A stretch of DNA of 64,000 bases, from NCBI RefSeq assembly GCF_000281045.1, contig NW_008246069.1, forward strand, positions 337,955 through 401,954, read 5' to 3'. The DNA is from Saprolegnia diclina VS20. Lineage: Eukaryota. Shown here piece by piece: positions 44,449-55,645 of this stretch. The number at the start of each line of letters is the position of its first letter. Position 1 is the stretch's first letter. Both the position numbers and the translations under genes were made by a program. The notes beneath the pieces are model-generated. The model did not search any database and was not told the DNA's origin. It was given only the letters and a program-made list of their open reading frames with translations.

Positions 44449-45477
44449 CTACGGCTTCTTGCAGCGCTTTCGCCGGTGCGGGACAACCACGCGGGCCAAG
44501 AGCGGTTGCAAGCGCGGGTCGTGCTGGAGCGCGTCGATGGCGTTGGTGTCGAGGTAGTCGAGGCACTCGAGGTCGACAAGGGCGAGTGCGAATGCATTCA
44601 ACGCCATGGCGTCGTCGGTGGCAACGTGCCAGCGGAGGCGGCGCAGACCTCTCGGAAGCACAAGGTACCGCAGAGTGCCGAGACGACACCGACGGTGCAC
44701 GTCGAGCTCTTGCAGCGACGAGGCGCTCAACGCGTCGAGGACGTCGTGTAACTCGTCGGGCTCGAGCGTCGATTGGTCGTGCACGAGCGGGGCGTCCAGC
44801 ACGAGGCGACGGCAGCCGGGGTCATTCGCCTGGCGCAGCCACGTGGCGAGGGCCGGCGCAAACTCAAGGTGCGCATTCGCGCTTGGGTCGATCTGGAGCT
44901 GCAGAGAGGTCACGGAGGTGCTGGCGACAAGGCGCTGCACGGCGTGTTGCATGATTGGCGCCGTCACGTCGGCGTTGGGCACGTGGAGTATAAGCGACGT
45001 GAGCGCTGGCAACGAGAGCGTGAGGTCCACGAGTGTCTCGCAATCGCCAAGCTCGAACTCCCGGTCACGCGCGAGCTGGAGAGTCACGAGGGTAATGTTA
45101 CCAGCATACAGCGCGTGGAAGAGCTCGAGGTGGTGGCGCCGCGTCGCGCGCTGACGGAGCTCGACGCGCAGCCCGAGTGCCACAAGCTGTCGGAGCTCCT
45201 GGAGCACGGGAAGCGGGTTGGTCGACGCGTCGTCGCCGCACGTTAAAACGGGCCACGCGAGCGTCATGCCGACAGGCGCGATGCGCCAAAAGGCGGCGGT
45301 CGCAGCGGTCGTCCGTGTCATGAGAGCGGGAGGAACGGCGTCGAGGAAATCTAAGACGTCGGAGGACCTGGAAATGTATGGCGAAATGGCCTCGATGATG
45401 CCAGGCTGCAGGACGGCGCTCGGCGCGGCGGGTGGTTGATCGCTGTTGCACATGAGTTGCCAAATGCGATCCCACAT
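44449..45477 (-). CDS. Hypothetical protein with LRR-like (RNI-like) segments
   Basis: 342-aa ATG-started ORF with LxxLxL repeats (LPALTSLILH, VTSLQLQ, LQELDV, LRRLRW). Confidence 0.65.
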   Translation of the reverse strand: MWDRIWQLMCNSDQPPAAPSAVLQPGIIEAISPYISRSSDVLDFLDAVPPALMTRTTAATAAFWRIAPVGMTLAWPVLTCGDDASTNPLPVLQELRQLVALGLRVELRQRATRRHHLELFHALYAGNITLVTLQLARDREFELGDCETLVDLTLSLPALTSLILHVPNADVTAPIMQHAVQRLVASTSVTSLQLQIDPSANAHLEFAPALATWLRQANDPGCRRLVLDAPLVHDQSTLEPDELHDVLDALSASSLQELDVHRRCRLGTLRYLVLPRGLRRLRWHVATDDAMALNAFALALVDLECLDYLDTNAIDALQHDPRLQPLLARVVVPHRRKRCKKP

Positions 45478-46185
45478 TGCACCACGACGCTTATCCGGAT
45501 CCGCAGGACGGGCGAATCAGCTCGCGCTAGCGACTTGATACTTGGCGACAAACCTGATTTTTGCCAGTGTGTGCAGACAGAATCAAGTTTGCATCGAAGT
45601 ATCAAGCCATGTTGCCCTCGGATTGGCCAACGCAGCGAGAGATTGTCAAAGCGACCAAACTGCATGGTGCATTCTATCCACTGCACCTGCGTCGATACGG
45701 TCGATCAAGCCAAGACTACCGGTACAGTATCGAAACGACGTCCTTTGCGCTCGTTTGTAGAATCAAATCACAGAAAAGCGGCGAGCGCTGGCATCCTATC
45801 CTGTGTCAAGTTGCGGAATTGTCTCGTTAGAGATAGAATTTGATTCCTTGGGGAGTAGGACATGATACATCCCTCGTCGTCGAGAGCGACCTTCTTGCTA
45901 ACTTAACCTGTATTAGCACGCTCGGATGCATCAAAGCAATAAGTCAAGATAACGGGAATTCTCTTCTTTCGTTGGTCAATGCCAACGCGCAGGCTCCCAA
46001 ACGCCCACAGCAGGTTGGTATTGCTGCGTGATTAACGCCCGCTTGAGGAAATCCTTACTCTCAACAAGAAGAGCGCCAACGGATGTACTCGGCGGTTCAA
46101 ACTGTCTCCTACAACACACAAAGACTCGAACTCTGCAGCATGACATCGATTGGCTCTAGCGTTGACACTGTTCACCTCCAAGCTT

Positions 46186-46440
46186 CCCCAGGCCTCAGGT
46201 CGTTGTTGAAGTGAGTCTATGTAGATATAATTTACACTGAACTGTTTTTTGGGGGGGTAGACTTTCGATTCAGAGCTAGACGGCAGCAGCGGCGAGGCTT
46301 AGCCGTGTTGAAGGCGAGGCGTGTGGATGGCGCACGCCGGGACGAAGTGGTCACGAAGCCAGGCATCGTGGCGCAGGGCGTGCATCATTTGGAAGAGGCA
46401 CATCGCTTGGGTATTCAGCATCAAGCCCCAGGCCTCAGGT
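46186..46440 (+). repeat. 15-bp perfect direct repeat CCCCAGGCCTCAGGT, 240 bp apart
   Basis: Copies at 46186-46200 and 46426-46440. Confidence 0.85.
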
Positions 46441-47153
46441 TATTCACACGTACACATACTACAGTCTAACGTCAGGTCTAGTCTGGTCTAACGTTACTAC
46501 TGTAGTAGTGAAGACAACGGTCGACGCACAGGTAACTGGTTGACGAGTACGTTCCTGTCCTCAGCGCAACATACTAGATCTCCGCCTGCACGCCTCGGCA
46601 AAGAGACCTTCTCGAAACGGCAGTAGTATCCCGTTGGTGATTGCCTCGTCTACCACAGCCCGATCCCACCGGAAGGGACAACCTCTGCATGATGCAAGCC
46701 CTCGTGCTGCGCCGCAGGTCCCATCCACTAGAAGAGAAGGGTTCTTCTCGAGAATCTTGCCTATCGCGCTGCTACCAACGTGGCCCGCCGCATGTATCGG
46801 CAGCATGGTAGCCTTAAACCGTGATGGGCCGTCGTCGGTCGGATGTGCGTGCTTCACCATGAGCGCTTCGCCACCATCAACGTTGCTGCATAGCCGCGTG
46901 GCGTGCGTCAGAGACACGGGCCATCGCTGCATAGAAGAGGGAACTACATAAACAAGCACTTTGTATGCACCTCGAAGCTTCGGCCCCGTTCACTTGGCAA
47001 CTTGCTCCGTCCACATCACTTGCTATGACAATACGCGTGGCATACTATGAACCAATACAACTCGATTTGGGCTTTTAAAATACGCAATCGGCCAAACCAA
47101 TGGCGTCCGTCGCACTCGTGGGCGGACGACTCGATCTGGCGATCAAAGACACT

Positions 47154-47432
47154 CTACTGGCGCGACTGCTCCTGGAAGGTGTTGATGCGGTTGTCGCTCA
47201 TGAGGCGGATCGGGTTGCGGTGCGAGTTCCAGCTCGTCTCGTTGACGTTGTCACGGACCGGGCTGCCGCGGTTCTCCTTGCTCCAGTGCACGTGCGGGCA
47301 GCTCGTGAGGTAGCGGACCGAGGCGCCGCCGGCGAGGGCGCAGGCGCCGACAATGACGCCGATGACCGGCCACGCGGCCGTGTCACGGAGCCAGGCCTGG
47401 GCGAACGTCGTGGCTTTAGCGCGGTGGGCCAT
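47154..47432 (-). CDS. NDUFA4/COXFA4 (MLRQ/B12D family) small mitochondrial membrane protein
   Basis: 92 aa; WLRDTAAWPVIGVIVGAC TM followed by RYLTSCPHVHWSKENR. Confidence 0.8.
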   Translation of the reverse strand: MAHRAKATTFAQAWLRDTAAWPVIGVIVGACALAGGASVRYLTSCPHVHWSKENRGSPVRDNVNETSWNSHRNPIRLMSDNRINTFQEQSRQ

Positions 47433-47798
47433 TTTTACTACTTGCGGAGGAACTCGGCGATTGCAAACTGACTGGTAAACACAAGTCGACAACTTTGAAA
47501 GGCGTACTTAGTCCGTACGTATACGGGAGAGAAGCCGTACTTAGCCGAGGCGGCGACCACTTTTATACTGCCTGCGTTGCATGGCTGCGAGAGGCACCCG
47601 ATAAAGTGCGCATTAGTCACCTGGGTGGTAGATAGTGTCCAATAAAGTACGCTGTCGAATCTGGATAGAAACACCCAAACGAAACTTGGGTGTGATGGCG
47701 ACCGTCCCATCGTTGTGTATGTGCAATTGGGTGTTTCTAGTGCCACCCAACCGTGCTGCCAACGATTTGCGGTTTGGTTTGCGGTTGGCAGCACCAGC

Positions 47799-48329
47799 AT
47801 GGCCGACGAGGACGAGCGGCTCTTGGCCGTGATCGAAGCCGCCGCTAACTACGAAGAGGCCGCTGCGGCGTCGGCCGACGCCCTTCGCCAGGCCTTCTTC
47901 AAGCTCTCGTTCGCCCGGCGAAGCCTTCCGCCCGAGACGCTCTCATCCGTGGCGTTCCGCGAGCTCTTTACCGCCGACACGGCCGTCGACGTGTCGGACA
48001 CTGCTGACTACAGCATCCAAAAGAACGTCTCGTGGGCCACCGACGAGGCGCCTGTCGCGGAGCCGACGCTGCGACACCGCCATGCACACGCCAAGCCGGC
48101 AGCCACGCTGCCTGCGTCGACAGCGCCGGCCATGCCAACACCAATCTTTTGGTTTGCGCCACTGCCGTCGCACGAGCTGCGCTCTGCCCAGCAACAATTC
48201 CTCAAAGGTGCTTCTTATCACTCGAGCCGGTCGATCTAATGCCTGGATCTACTAGCACTGACGCAGATCGTGACGACCGCGTCGCGCGCCGCGACCGCCC
48301 AGGCCGCGCTCGCAGCAGCGTCGCACTGA
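47799..48329 (+). CDS. V-ATPase assembly factor Vma22/CCDC115-like; 2 exons
   Basis: LRQAFFKLSFAR and PIFWFAPLPSHELRSAQQQF match the family pattern. Intron at about 48209-48255. Confidence 0.75.
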
Positions 48330-48378
48330 CCACCACCAAGTATTACATATATACGGCCCTGTGTTGTTTGATCGATTG

Positions 48379-51300
48379 TTACGCAGCGAGGTCGTGGCCA
48401 TGGACCTTTGGGTCCCACTCGTCGCTCGAGAGCTTGGCGTCATAGTCGGCGGCTTGGATGCCTGCGCTCTGAAAGTCTTCCATCCAGTCGGAAATCCCAA
48501 GGAGGCGCGAGAGGAACCGGTCGTGGTGCACGTGCATGAGGAGGAGGCAGACCGTCGAGAAGCTCACATACCCCAGCTCGTTCTTGTCCATGTACTGAAA
48601 CAAGAGGTTGGCCGAGAGCATTTGCGACGGCGGCTTCGCGACCCACTCGGCGACAAAGAGCTGGAGGACTTCGGGCGACCGGAGCTGGTCGGCGCCATGC
48701 ACGTCGTACTTGTCAAAGACCAAGCGCATTTGGCGGAGACACTCGAATTGCTCGGCGTACGCCGACTTGGACACGCCGAGCGTCTCGATCTGCTTGAGCC
48801 GCTGGTAGCTTGCATTGCCAATGCGCGACGGCATGCGATCAAACTGCAAGACGAGGTACCGGAGGCAGAACGCGAGGTGCTCGAGCAAGACGAAGACGAT
48901 CACTTGGGGCATGACCCAGCTCTGCGACCGCATCTCCGACCCACACGCCGTCGCATTCGTGCTCAGCTCGAACGGGATCGACTGCATTGGCACCATGACC
49001 GCCGCGTCAAAGGCAAAGTTGCATGACGTCACAAAGTACGGAAAGTGGTAGACGGCAATGAGACCGGCGACGACCGTGATGCCGATTATGTTGGCGTACG
49101 AGAGGACGGTCGCCCACTCGCCGATCGACGTGTCGCGGCGTGGCATCGGCCGGCGGTTGACAAAGAGGAGGCGGAACGCGTCGCCGCGGACTTCGAGCAC
49201 GTTGTTGAGGAACGCAGGAAATGGCAGCAGCGGCCAGACGACCGTGAACATGACAACATATGAAAACTGAATCGCAGCGTCGAGGTAGTCGAACGTCGGG
49301 TCAAACTCGGTGAGCTTCGACTCGGCGACGATGTTGTACGCCGTGTACCCATTCGAGTCGTCCGAGAAGAACATGGTCGGGATGAAGAAGCGCGTCGACG
49401 ACGAGATCGCACTCGCCAGTGTCCGTGCGCTCTTGTTGGTCGTCACGCTCGGTGCTGTGAGCGCGCGCGTGCAAAACCAGTGGGCGGTCTGCGTCGTCAT
49501 GCCCCGCAGACACGAGTTGCGGAAGTGGATCGGCTTGCCCCGGCACTTGCGCACGAGGTACGGGATGATGGTCTCCATGAGCATGTTGAGCACTTGGGTG
49601 ATGACGAGCGGTGTGACAAAGAGCGTGTCGAGCGTCAGCACCGAGGCGTTCCACTGAATGAGCTTGAAGACGCTTCGGACAGCGTCCGGGACCGTCGGCG
49701 CGTCCGACGCGAGGTACTTGATCGCTTGCTCGCCAAACGGAAGGTACACGAACGCGAGGAAGAGAAACCAAAAGAACCAGTTCATCCATACAAAGAGGAA
49801 GCGCCGTTGGATCAAGCGCGCTTCGTACTCGGACTTCCACGCGTAGTTTTCCCACTCGACAAATTTCGCCGAGAGCCAATTGAAGAGCTCGAAGAAGACA
49901 ATGTCGATGAGGAGCCCGAGCGCCGCGCCTTGGAGAAGGATGTAGAACCACCGGTCCGTGCCGAGCGCGGACGTTGGCGAGTTGAAGCAGTTGATCATGG
50001 CCACGCACACGGACGGCGTCGACGACGTCAGCGCCGCCGTCTTGCACTCGTCGCAGGTCGCGACCGTCTTGGCAAAGACGTACCACTGGATGAACGGCAG
50101 CGTAAAGAGGCTCTGAAGGACCACGGAGGCGCCGACGAACCCAAACATGACGGCTTGGATGACCGTCTTCTTGCGGGATATTGGCATCTTGTCCATCTTG
50201 TTGGTGAGCGGGTTGAGCTGCCACTTGTACTGAAAGAGCGGGTTCTCATCGTTGACATCAAACGCCGACTCTTTGTTCTTGATGTCGTTGCCAATGTTCC
50301 ACTTCTCGACGAGGAGCCGCGTCTCGCGCTGCCACATGACGAGGAACGTCGGCGCCCAGATCGCGGACGCGAGGAAGGCGAGCACCGCGAGGCCTTGGAT
50401 GTACGCTTGCCACACGGCCCCCGAGAGGAACCGGAGCGCCAAGTAGTAGACGACAAAGACGGCCATGAGCGGCAATAAGAGCTTGGAGTAAATGTGCATG
50501 AAGGCGAAGAGGAACGCGACGCGCTCGCCAAAATGGAACCGGAGCTCTTCGATCGCCCAGCGCTCCGAGTTGCCGCGGGTCGCCTTGGTGACCGAGAAGG
50601 CAAATGTTCGCTTCCGGTACTCGGCAAAGAACTCTTCGTTGAAGACGCGGTCGTGCAGCGGGAAGATCGACTCGATGACGTCGTGCACCGAGAGCGCGTT
50701 CTGCATGTCGAGCACCCACGCCTCCGTGTCGTACTCGCGCAGGGCGTTCTGGATGATGTTCTGCGTCAATTGCAGCTCGAGCGCCGGCGAGAACGAGAGG
50801 TCGGTCGTCAAGTGCGAGTTCTCGCTGAGCCGCGACGACGCTTTGCCCTGCTTGATCGCCCACTCGTCCTTCTCGCGCTTGAACTCTTCGGCGAGGAGGT
50901 CCTTGTCCTTGTACGGATCAATCAAAATGCAAACGTTGTCCGTGTGCGCAAAGTGGCGCATCTGCGGCGTCATGTTGAAGTCCACGTCCTCGAAGCGCGA
51001 GTCGTTGTCGAGGAGGATGACGCCGAGCCCGGCCTGCACGAGCCGCCGGCAGATCTTCTCGTGGAGTGCGCCGACCTGCGCCGTCAAGTCGGCGTACGGC
51101 TGCGACCGGTACGCGGTCCGCGTCTTCTGCAAGTGATCTTTGACCTGGCACGTGTTGCGGAGAATGATCGCAAACGTGTAGCGCTGCTGCTCTTGGAGGT
51201 ACCGCGCGATCGGCTCGTCGCTCGCCTCGTCGATCGGGTGGACGTGGCGCCGGCGCGCAGTTGATAGCTCCTGCAAATGCTCTTCATTGCCACGCGCATG

Positions 51301-51786
51301 CAGAAACTTGCGAAACGAGAACGGCTCATGGGACGTGGTCGCCGTCGCGGGCGCGCTCATGTGCTTCATCGACGTGTACCGCAGCGACGTGACGCCATGG
51401 TCGCCAATGTCGGTGACGAGCGTCTTGCGGCGAACGTCCCAGCTCGGCGGCGCCGCCGAGAAGCGCGCGTTGGCGTTGTTGCTGTGGAAGGCTGGCGGCA
51501 GAGGCGGCGGCGTCTCGAGGTCCTCAAACTCGCCCTCGTCGTCGTCGTCGCCGTCGTGCTCGGCCGTGTGCGACGCATCGGAGGGCTCGACTGATGCACC
51601 ATCCGAGGGCCGGCGCCGGCCTAGCCGCGGCAGCATCGAGAAGGTGAAGCGCTCCGGCATCGATGGGGTTTGGCTTCTGGACATGCGTTGATCCAGAGCG
51701 GTGCTAGCGCATGTGTTTGTTACTGCGACTGGCTCTGAGTCGACGAAAGCACTTGGGCTTTGTATTGGCGGCCCCAAAAAATTCAT
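48379..51786 (-). CDS. Anoctamin / TMEM16 family protein with a C-terminal EF-hand pair; intronless
   Basis: Motifs FPLHD, LRFHFGERVAFLFAF, EWENY, DYLDAAIQFSY, NNVLEVRGDAF, PRRDTSIGEW. C-terminal FDKYDVHGADQL and FQYMDKNELGYVSF. Confidence 0.9.
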   Translation of the reverse strand: MNFLGPPIQSPSAFVDSEPVAVTNTCASTALDQRMSRSQTPSMPERFTFSMLPRLGRRRPSDGASVEPSDASHTAEHDGDDDDEGEFEDLETPPPLPPAFHSNNANARFSAAPPSWDVRRKTLVTDIGDHGVTSLRYTSMKHMSAPATATTSHEPFSFRKFLHARGNEEHLQELSTARRRHVHPIDEASDEPIARYLQEQQRYTFAIILRNTCQVKDHLQKTRTAYRSQPYADLTAQVGALHEKICRRLVQAGLGVILLDNDSRFEDVDFNMTPQMRHFAHTDNVCILIDPYKDKDLLAEEFKREKDEWAIKQGKASSRLSENSHLTTDLSFSPALELQLTQNIIQNALREYDTEAWVLDMQNALSVHDVIESIFPLHDRVFNEEFFAEYRKRTFAFSVTKATRGNSERWAIEELRFHFGERVAFLFAFMHIYSKLLLPLMAVFVVYYLALRFLSGAVWQAYIQGLAVLAFLASAIWAPTFLVMWQRETRLLVEKWNIGNDIKNKESAFDVNDENPLFQYKWQLNPLTNKMDKMPISRKKTVIQAVMFGFVGASVVLQSLFTLPFIQWYVFAKTVATCDECKTAALTSSTPSVCVAMINCFNSPTSALGTDRWFYILLQGAALGLLIDIVFFELFNWLSAKFVEWENYAWKSEYEARLIQRRFLFVWMNWFFWFLFLAFVYLPFGEQAIKYLASDAPTVPDAVRSVFKLIQWNASVLTLDTLFVTPLVITQVLNMLMETIIPYLVRKCRGKPIHFRNSCLRGMTTQTAHWFCTRALTAPSVTTNKSARTLASAISSSTRFFIPTMFFSDDSNGYTAYNIVAESKLTEFDPTFDYLDAAIQFSYVVMFTVVWPLLPFPAFLNNVLEVRGDAFRLLFVNRRPMPRRDTSIGEWATVLSYANIIGITVVAGLIAVYHFPYFVTSCNFAFDAAVMVPMQSIPFELSTNATACGSEMRSQSWVMPQVIVFVLLEHLAFCLRYLVLQFDRMPSRIGNASYQRLKQIETLGVSKSAYAEQFECLRQMRLVFDKYDVHGADQLRSPEVLQLFVAEWVAKPPSQMLSANLLFQYMDKNELGYVSFSTVCLLLMHVHHDRFLSRLLGISDWMEDFQSAGIQAADYDAKLSSDEWDPKVHGHDLAA

Positions 51787-52083
51787 TGCAACTGTCCCAC
51801 GCGTCTCCTGTTCAAGACGACTTGAGTTTGAGTTTCAGGGCAAGTATCCAACTTCAACCATGCTCACAGCAGGCAGCACCTCCTGCAGAGTGCCAGAACG
51901 ATGTACATCTTGGCTGCTATCTTAGCTTGCATGAACTCATACCTCGTGCATCTGTACTAGTAGGTGCGGCCGGGTACCCATGCGAGGGCGTGATACCGGC
52001 GAACTCGACATCCAGGCGCGGTCTGAACCGTGGGTGCGGCCAGGTAGCACCGGCGAAGACAATACGTACTGTATGTACTCTTC

Positions 52084-52290
52084 ATGACTGATAACGTCGA
52101 CGCGCGGCGCTATTTGATGGGCCGAACGTCCCAGTCCTACGCCCTGCACATCGTTGATGACGCACGGGCGAGCCACAGCAGCGTTGACAGTCATCAACCG
52201 CAGGGACGTCGTCAAAGGTATTGCTACGTCGCAGCCAGGAGCCATGTTCCCATCGTTGGGTACATCTCCTCTTGTAGAGAGGAGTGGCGT
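52084..52290 (+). pseudogene. Degenerate ankyrin-repeat-like fragment
   Basis: NVDARRYL..LHIVDDA and AARSHVPIVGYI resemble ankyrin consensus elements. No coherent gene structure. Confidence 0.3.
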
Positions 52291-53229
52291 GGAGGGTTGC
52301 AAACTGGGGTAAGCTCCTTGGGTACCCGAGCAGCTCTTGGCGGCGTCCGTGCCACGTCACTGTCAAACTCAATTGAGAAGCGAGACTGGACAAAAACTCA
52401 ATTCGTTATCGCAACCTCACATAGAAAGCCCGACACACAGTGGCGCGGCCTTCGATTGGCTCGCGCAGACCAAGTCATTACGCTCGCGTCAGCCGCAACG
52501 AGGATGGGCGACGAAGCATGCAAAAGGTCAAGCGATCGTAGCAAAGCCAGTTGACTACGTGCGTATGCAGCTGCCCGCGCCTCTGGGACTCTGTGAGGGA
52601 CGGCTGGGAGGACGCCCGTGTCGCCTCCGAGCTTTCCTCGCGCCGCACTGTGGAATGAGTACGCTTGTCAGGGGTCGCGTGAGTTGACGCATAGCACGCC
52701 GGCAAGCCCAAAAGCAATCGCTTCGCTGCAGGCGTTTACGAGTGCTAGTACCAGTGTACCTGGCAAAGTGCAAACGACCTGGCAATGTGCAAGCAACTGC
52801 TCACCGCCGGAAGGCGACCACCGACTTGGTCTAAAGCGCTGTACATTATTGTTTTGCAAGGGCGATTTATGCTGTCTCGGGACGCGTTGGTTGGCGCTGG
52901 TATACCTCAAGATCATACCCGTACACGATGATGCGTCGCTGCATTGACGGCCGGACGCAATGGCTCACGATAGCTCTCTTGCGGCTGAACCGCTTGACGA
53001 TAGTGTCGGTCAGGATCCCAGAAGACGAGGCTCGGGGTTGCAGTCAAGAAACACACAGGCGTGAAGCGTCACTGGGGAGGCCATGGACATCGCAACCTTT
53101 GCGACCTCGAAGGATCGATGTTCTCGGTGGCGGGTAGGGATCGATGGGCCGTGTACTGCGACGCTCGTGCTTGGCCGTGGCTGGTTGTCTGTCGATGAGC
53201 AACGCGAATCGACGCCATCGCTTAACTTA

Positions 53230-54033
53230 TTACGGTAAAAAGTCGCCCAGGTTCAACTCGTCGTCGTCCCCCGACACGAGGTTCAGCCCGTCGTCGTCGT
53301 CATCTTCGCCCGAGTGTGCGATCTCTTGCTCCTGCGGCTCGATGATCTCGACGCTGCTCGTATCGTCGTCGTCGTCGTCGTCGTCTTCCACGTCCGCCTC
53401 GTCCTCTTCGCCGCTGAGCACCAAGGGCGAGTTGTACGCACCGCTCGGGCGCGCGAGTTCCGTGATCGTCGTCACAAACGACGGGTCGAGCCGGCACGCT
53501 TTGATCAAGAGCTGGTCCCGCCACGACTCGTGGCCGTGGAAGAGGTCGTTGCCGTACGTTTCCAACGCGTCCGAGAAGAGCTCCATTTTGGTCTTGCTGT
53601 CAATCGAGTCGAGCAAGCGCTGGATGCTCGGCGAATGCGTGCTGAGCGGGGCTTGCGCCTGCTTGTACGCAGCGCCGCTGGCCTTGGCGTTCTTCATGTT
53701 GAAGTTCTTCGCATCGTTTTTCGAGAACGGGCGATGCGGGCTCGCTGAGACCACATGGCGGTCTTCGTCGTCATCGTCTTCGTCATCGTCGTCGTCGTCG
53801 TCGTCGTCATCATCGTCGTCGCCGAGGTCGATCACGTCCACAGCGTCCTTGCGCAGGCGCTTGCCCTGCGGCGACGCGTCGTCCGTGTCCTCATGGGGTC
53901 GCTTCCCGAGCACCGAGAGCGGATCGTCCTCGTCAAGCTCGACGTCCTCGGTCTCGGCGCCGTCGTCGACGACCGCCACATGCACGTCGTCGTCGTCCGT
54001 GATCGTCCGCTCGAGCTCCACCATGCTGCTCAT
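53230..54033 (-). CDS. Hypothetical highly acidic low-complexity protein
   Basis: ORF with Asp/Glu tracts, NLS-like GKRPH and KRLRK, and a small ordered core. Start codon uncertain. Confidence 0.7.
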   Translation of the reverse strand: MSSMVELERTITDDDDVHVAVVDDGAETEDVELDEDDPLSVLGKRPHEDTDDASPQGKRLRKDAVDVIDLGDDDDDDDDDDDDDEDDDDEDRHVVSASPHRPFSKNDAKNFNMKNAKASGAAYKQAQAPLSTHSPSIQRLLDSIDSKTKMELFSDALETYGNDLFHGHESWRDQLLIKACRLDPSFVTTITELARPSGAYNSPLVLSGEEDEADVEDDDDDDDDTSSVEIIEPQEQEIAHSGEDDDDDGLNLVSGDDDELNLGDFLP

Positions 54034-54143
54034 CCGGCCCAGGTTGAGATTCGCGTTTTGCAGCACGTGCTGCGGGGCATTCCAAACGCTTTCTGGCTGC
54101 TACACTACCGAATTGTATTGCACATTAAATATACGTATTTTAT

Positions 54144-54269
54144 CATCCGGATATACCATCCGTATCCGGACGTGTTTCTGTGCCCAATCCCATTGAGTGT
54201 TTGTATGGCCCCAACCATCCGGATACCACAATACCAAAAGTAACAACGTCCAAACCCCGCGTCCGGATA
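54144..54269. promoter_or_regulatory. Cluster of four TATCCGGA(T/C) motifs
   Basis: Copies at 54144, 54163, 54216 and 54261, upstream of the 53230-54033 gene. Confidence 0.5.
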
Positions 54270-54532
54270 CGGTGACGACGCGCCAATGCCACGACAACCG
54301 GCGTTGCCGCCATGTTTTCCGTACAAGTCGACGTCGACGATGGTCTTAGCGCAGGAGAAGATGGCGCAAGCAGCGCATGGACTTTATGCTTGAATATGCG
54401 AAGGTACGCGGCTCGATGGCAGCACTGGTAGATGCATCTGGCCGCGGAGGGCGATCGAAGGCCAAGGAGCTCAAATCTTTGGAACAAACAAAACAGCGAG
54501 TCTATTGAGGTGGGTCTAGAAGGGACGGCGCG

Positions 54533-55645
54533 TTAGCCGTAGTGGAGGAAGAGGCGTAGCCGACTGCGCATCTCGGAGCTTTCCATCGATGAAAAGCACG
54601 CTTCCGGCAACACGTTGCAGAGTGCATTGAGGAGCTTGATTGGAGACTGGGTGCAAATCGCGTCTTCAGTGAGCCCGACGGCTTCGCACCACGCGCCGCG
54701 GACGACGCCGGTGGCGGTTGCCAGCTTCTGAACAAAGGCGTCGCGGTCGCGCGCCGAGTGCCAAATGTTCCAGATGGTCGGCCACGGCTGGCCTTGGAGC
54801 TCGAGAAAGTGCTTGCGGATCTTGCGCGCTTTGCGAAGGTGCGCATCTAGCTCGGCTTTGTGCGCCTTTTGACGCGTGATCCAGGCTTCGCTCGAGGGGT
54901 CGATGAGCTGGAGGCAGAGATCGTCGAGGGTTCGTGTCCGAACAGGCAGCAAGGTGACGGCGACACGGCAGGTGGGGCATGACAGAGACTTGAGGAGCCA
55001 GTGCTGGAGGCAGCTGCCGCAAAACGAGTGCGAGCACGAGAGCGTCATCGACTCGATAAAGTACTCGAAGCAGACGGGGCACTTGAGCGGCGACTGGCCG
55101 AGGCCTGGCTTGGTCGCCTCTTCGCGCTCGAGCGTTCGGAAACGCTTCTGCACCGAGAGCTCGCGCGGGTCTTTGGCCAGCTTGCGCTTCTCGGCCGACG
55201 AGAGCGGGCTCGTAGGCGCTACCATGGGCTGCCGATTGAGCGGGTTCTTGGTCACGAGGACAATCTTCGAGTTGCCACGGCCTTCCAGGAAGCACTTGAT
55301 TTCAAAGCTGTCGCTGAGGTGCTTGGCGAGCACGATGACGTCGCCGTGGAAGATCTCGATCGACGTACCGCGCTTGAGCTCATCGCCATTGACGGACGTG
55401 CCATGCTTGCTCTCGAGGTCCTTGATGAACCAGCGGACTTGGTCGTTGCTGTCAAAGAGGCACGGGTATATCTTGGCGTGCTTCTTGCTCACGCTGCGCG
55501 AGAGCGCGGCCTCGGACGAGAACGAGAGCTCGCAGTCGCGGCTGCGGCCGATGCACACGGGCGTGAGCTCGAAGACGCGCTGCGCCTCGGCGGGGCTCGG
55601 CATCGTCTTCGGCGTCTCCATCGCCTTTTCCGGAATGCATGCCAT
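54533..55645 (-). CDS. FHA-RING E3 ubiquitin ligase (CHFR/RNF8-like)
   Basis: FHA: IGRSRDC..VSKKHA..DLESKHGTSVNG. RING: CPVC..CSHSFCGSC..CPTCR. Confidence 0.9.
   Translation of the reverse strand: MACIPEKAMETPKTMPSPAEAQRVFELTPVCIGRSRDCELSFSSEAALSRSVSKKHAKIYPCLFDSNDQVRWFIKDLESKHGTSVNGDELKRGTSIEIFHGDVIVLAKHLSDSFEIKCFLEGRGNSKIVLVTKNPLNRQPMVAPTSPLSSAEKRKLAKDPRELSVQKRFRTLEREEATKPGLGQSPLKCPVCFEYFIESMTLSCSHSFCGSCLQHWLLKSLSCPTCRVAVTLLPVRTRTLDDLCLQLIDPSSEAWITRQKAHKAELDAHLRKARKIRKHFLELQGQPWPTIWNIWHSARDRDAFVQKLATATGVVRGAWCEAVGLTEDAICTQSPIKLLNALCNVLPEACFSSMESSEMRSRLRLFLHYG

Noticed and set aside
42962..44689. 575-aa antisense ORF over HSP60
   Set aside because: Same shadow-ORF effect; no motifs.
53760..53822. 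(TCG)n and similar triplet tracts here and at 58120, 60575
   Set aside because: Encode poly-Asp/Ser/Lys runs inside CDSs.
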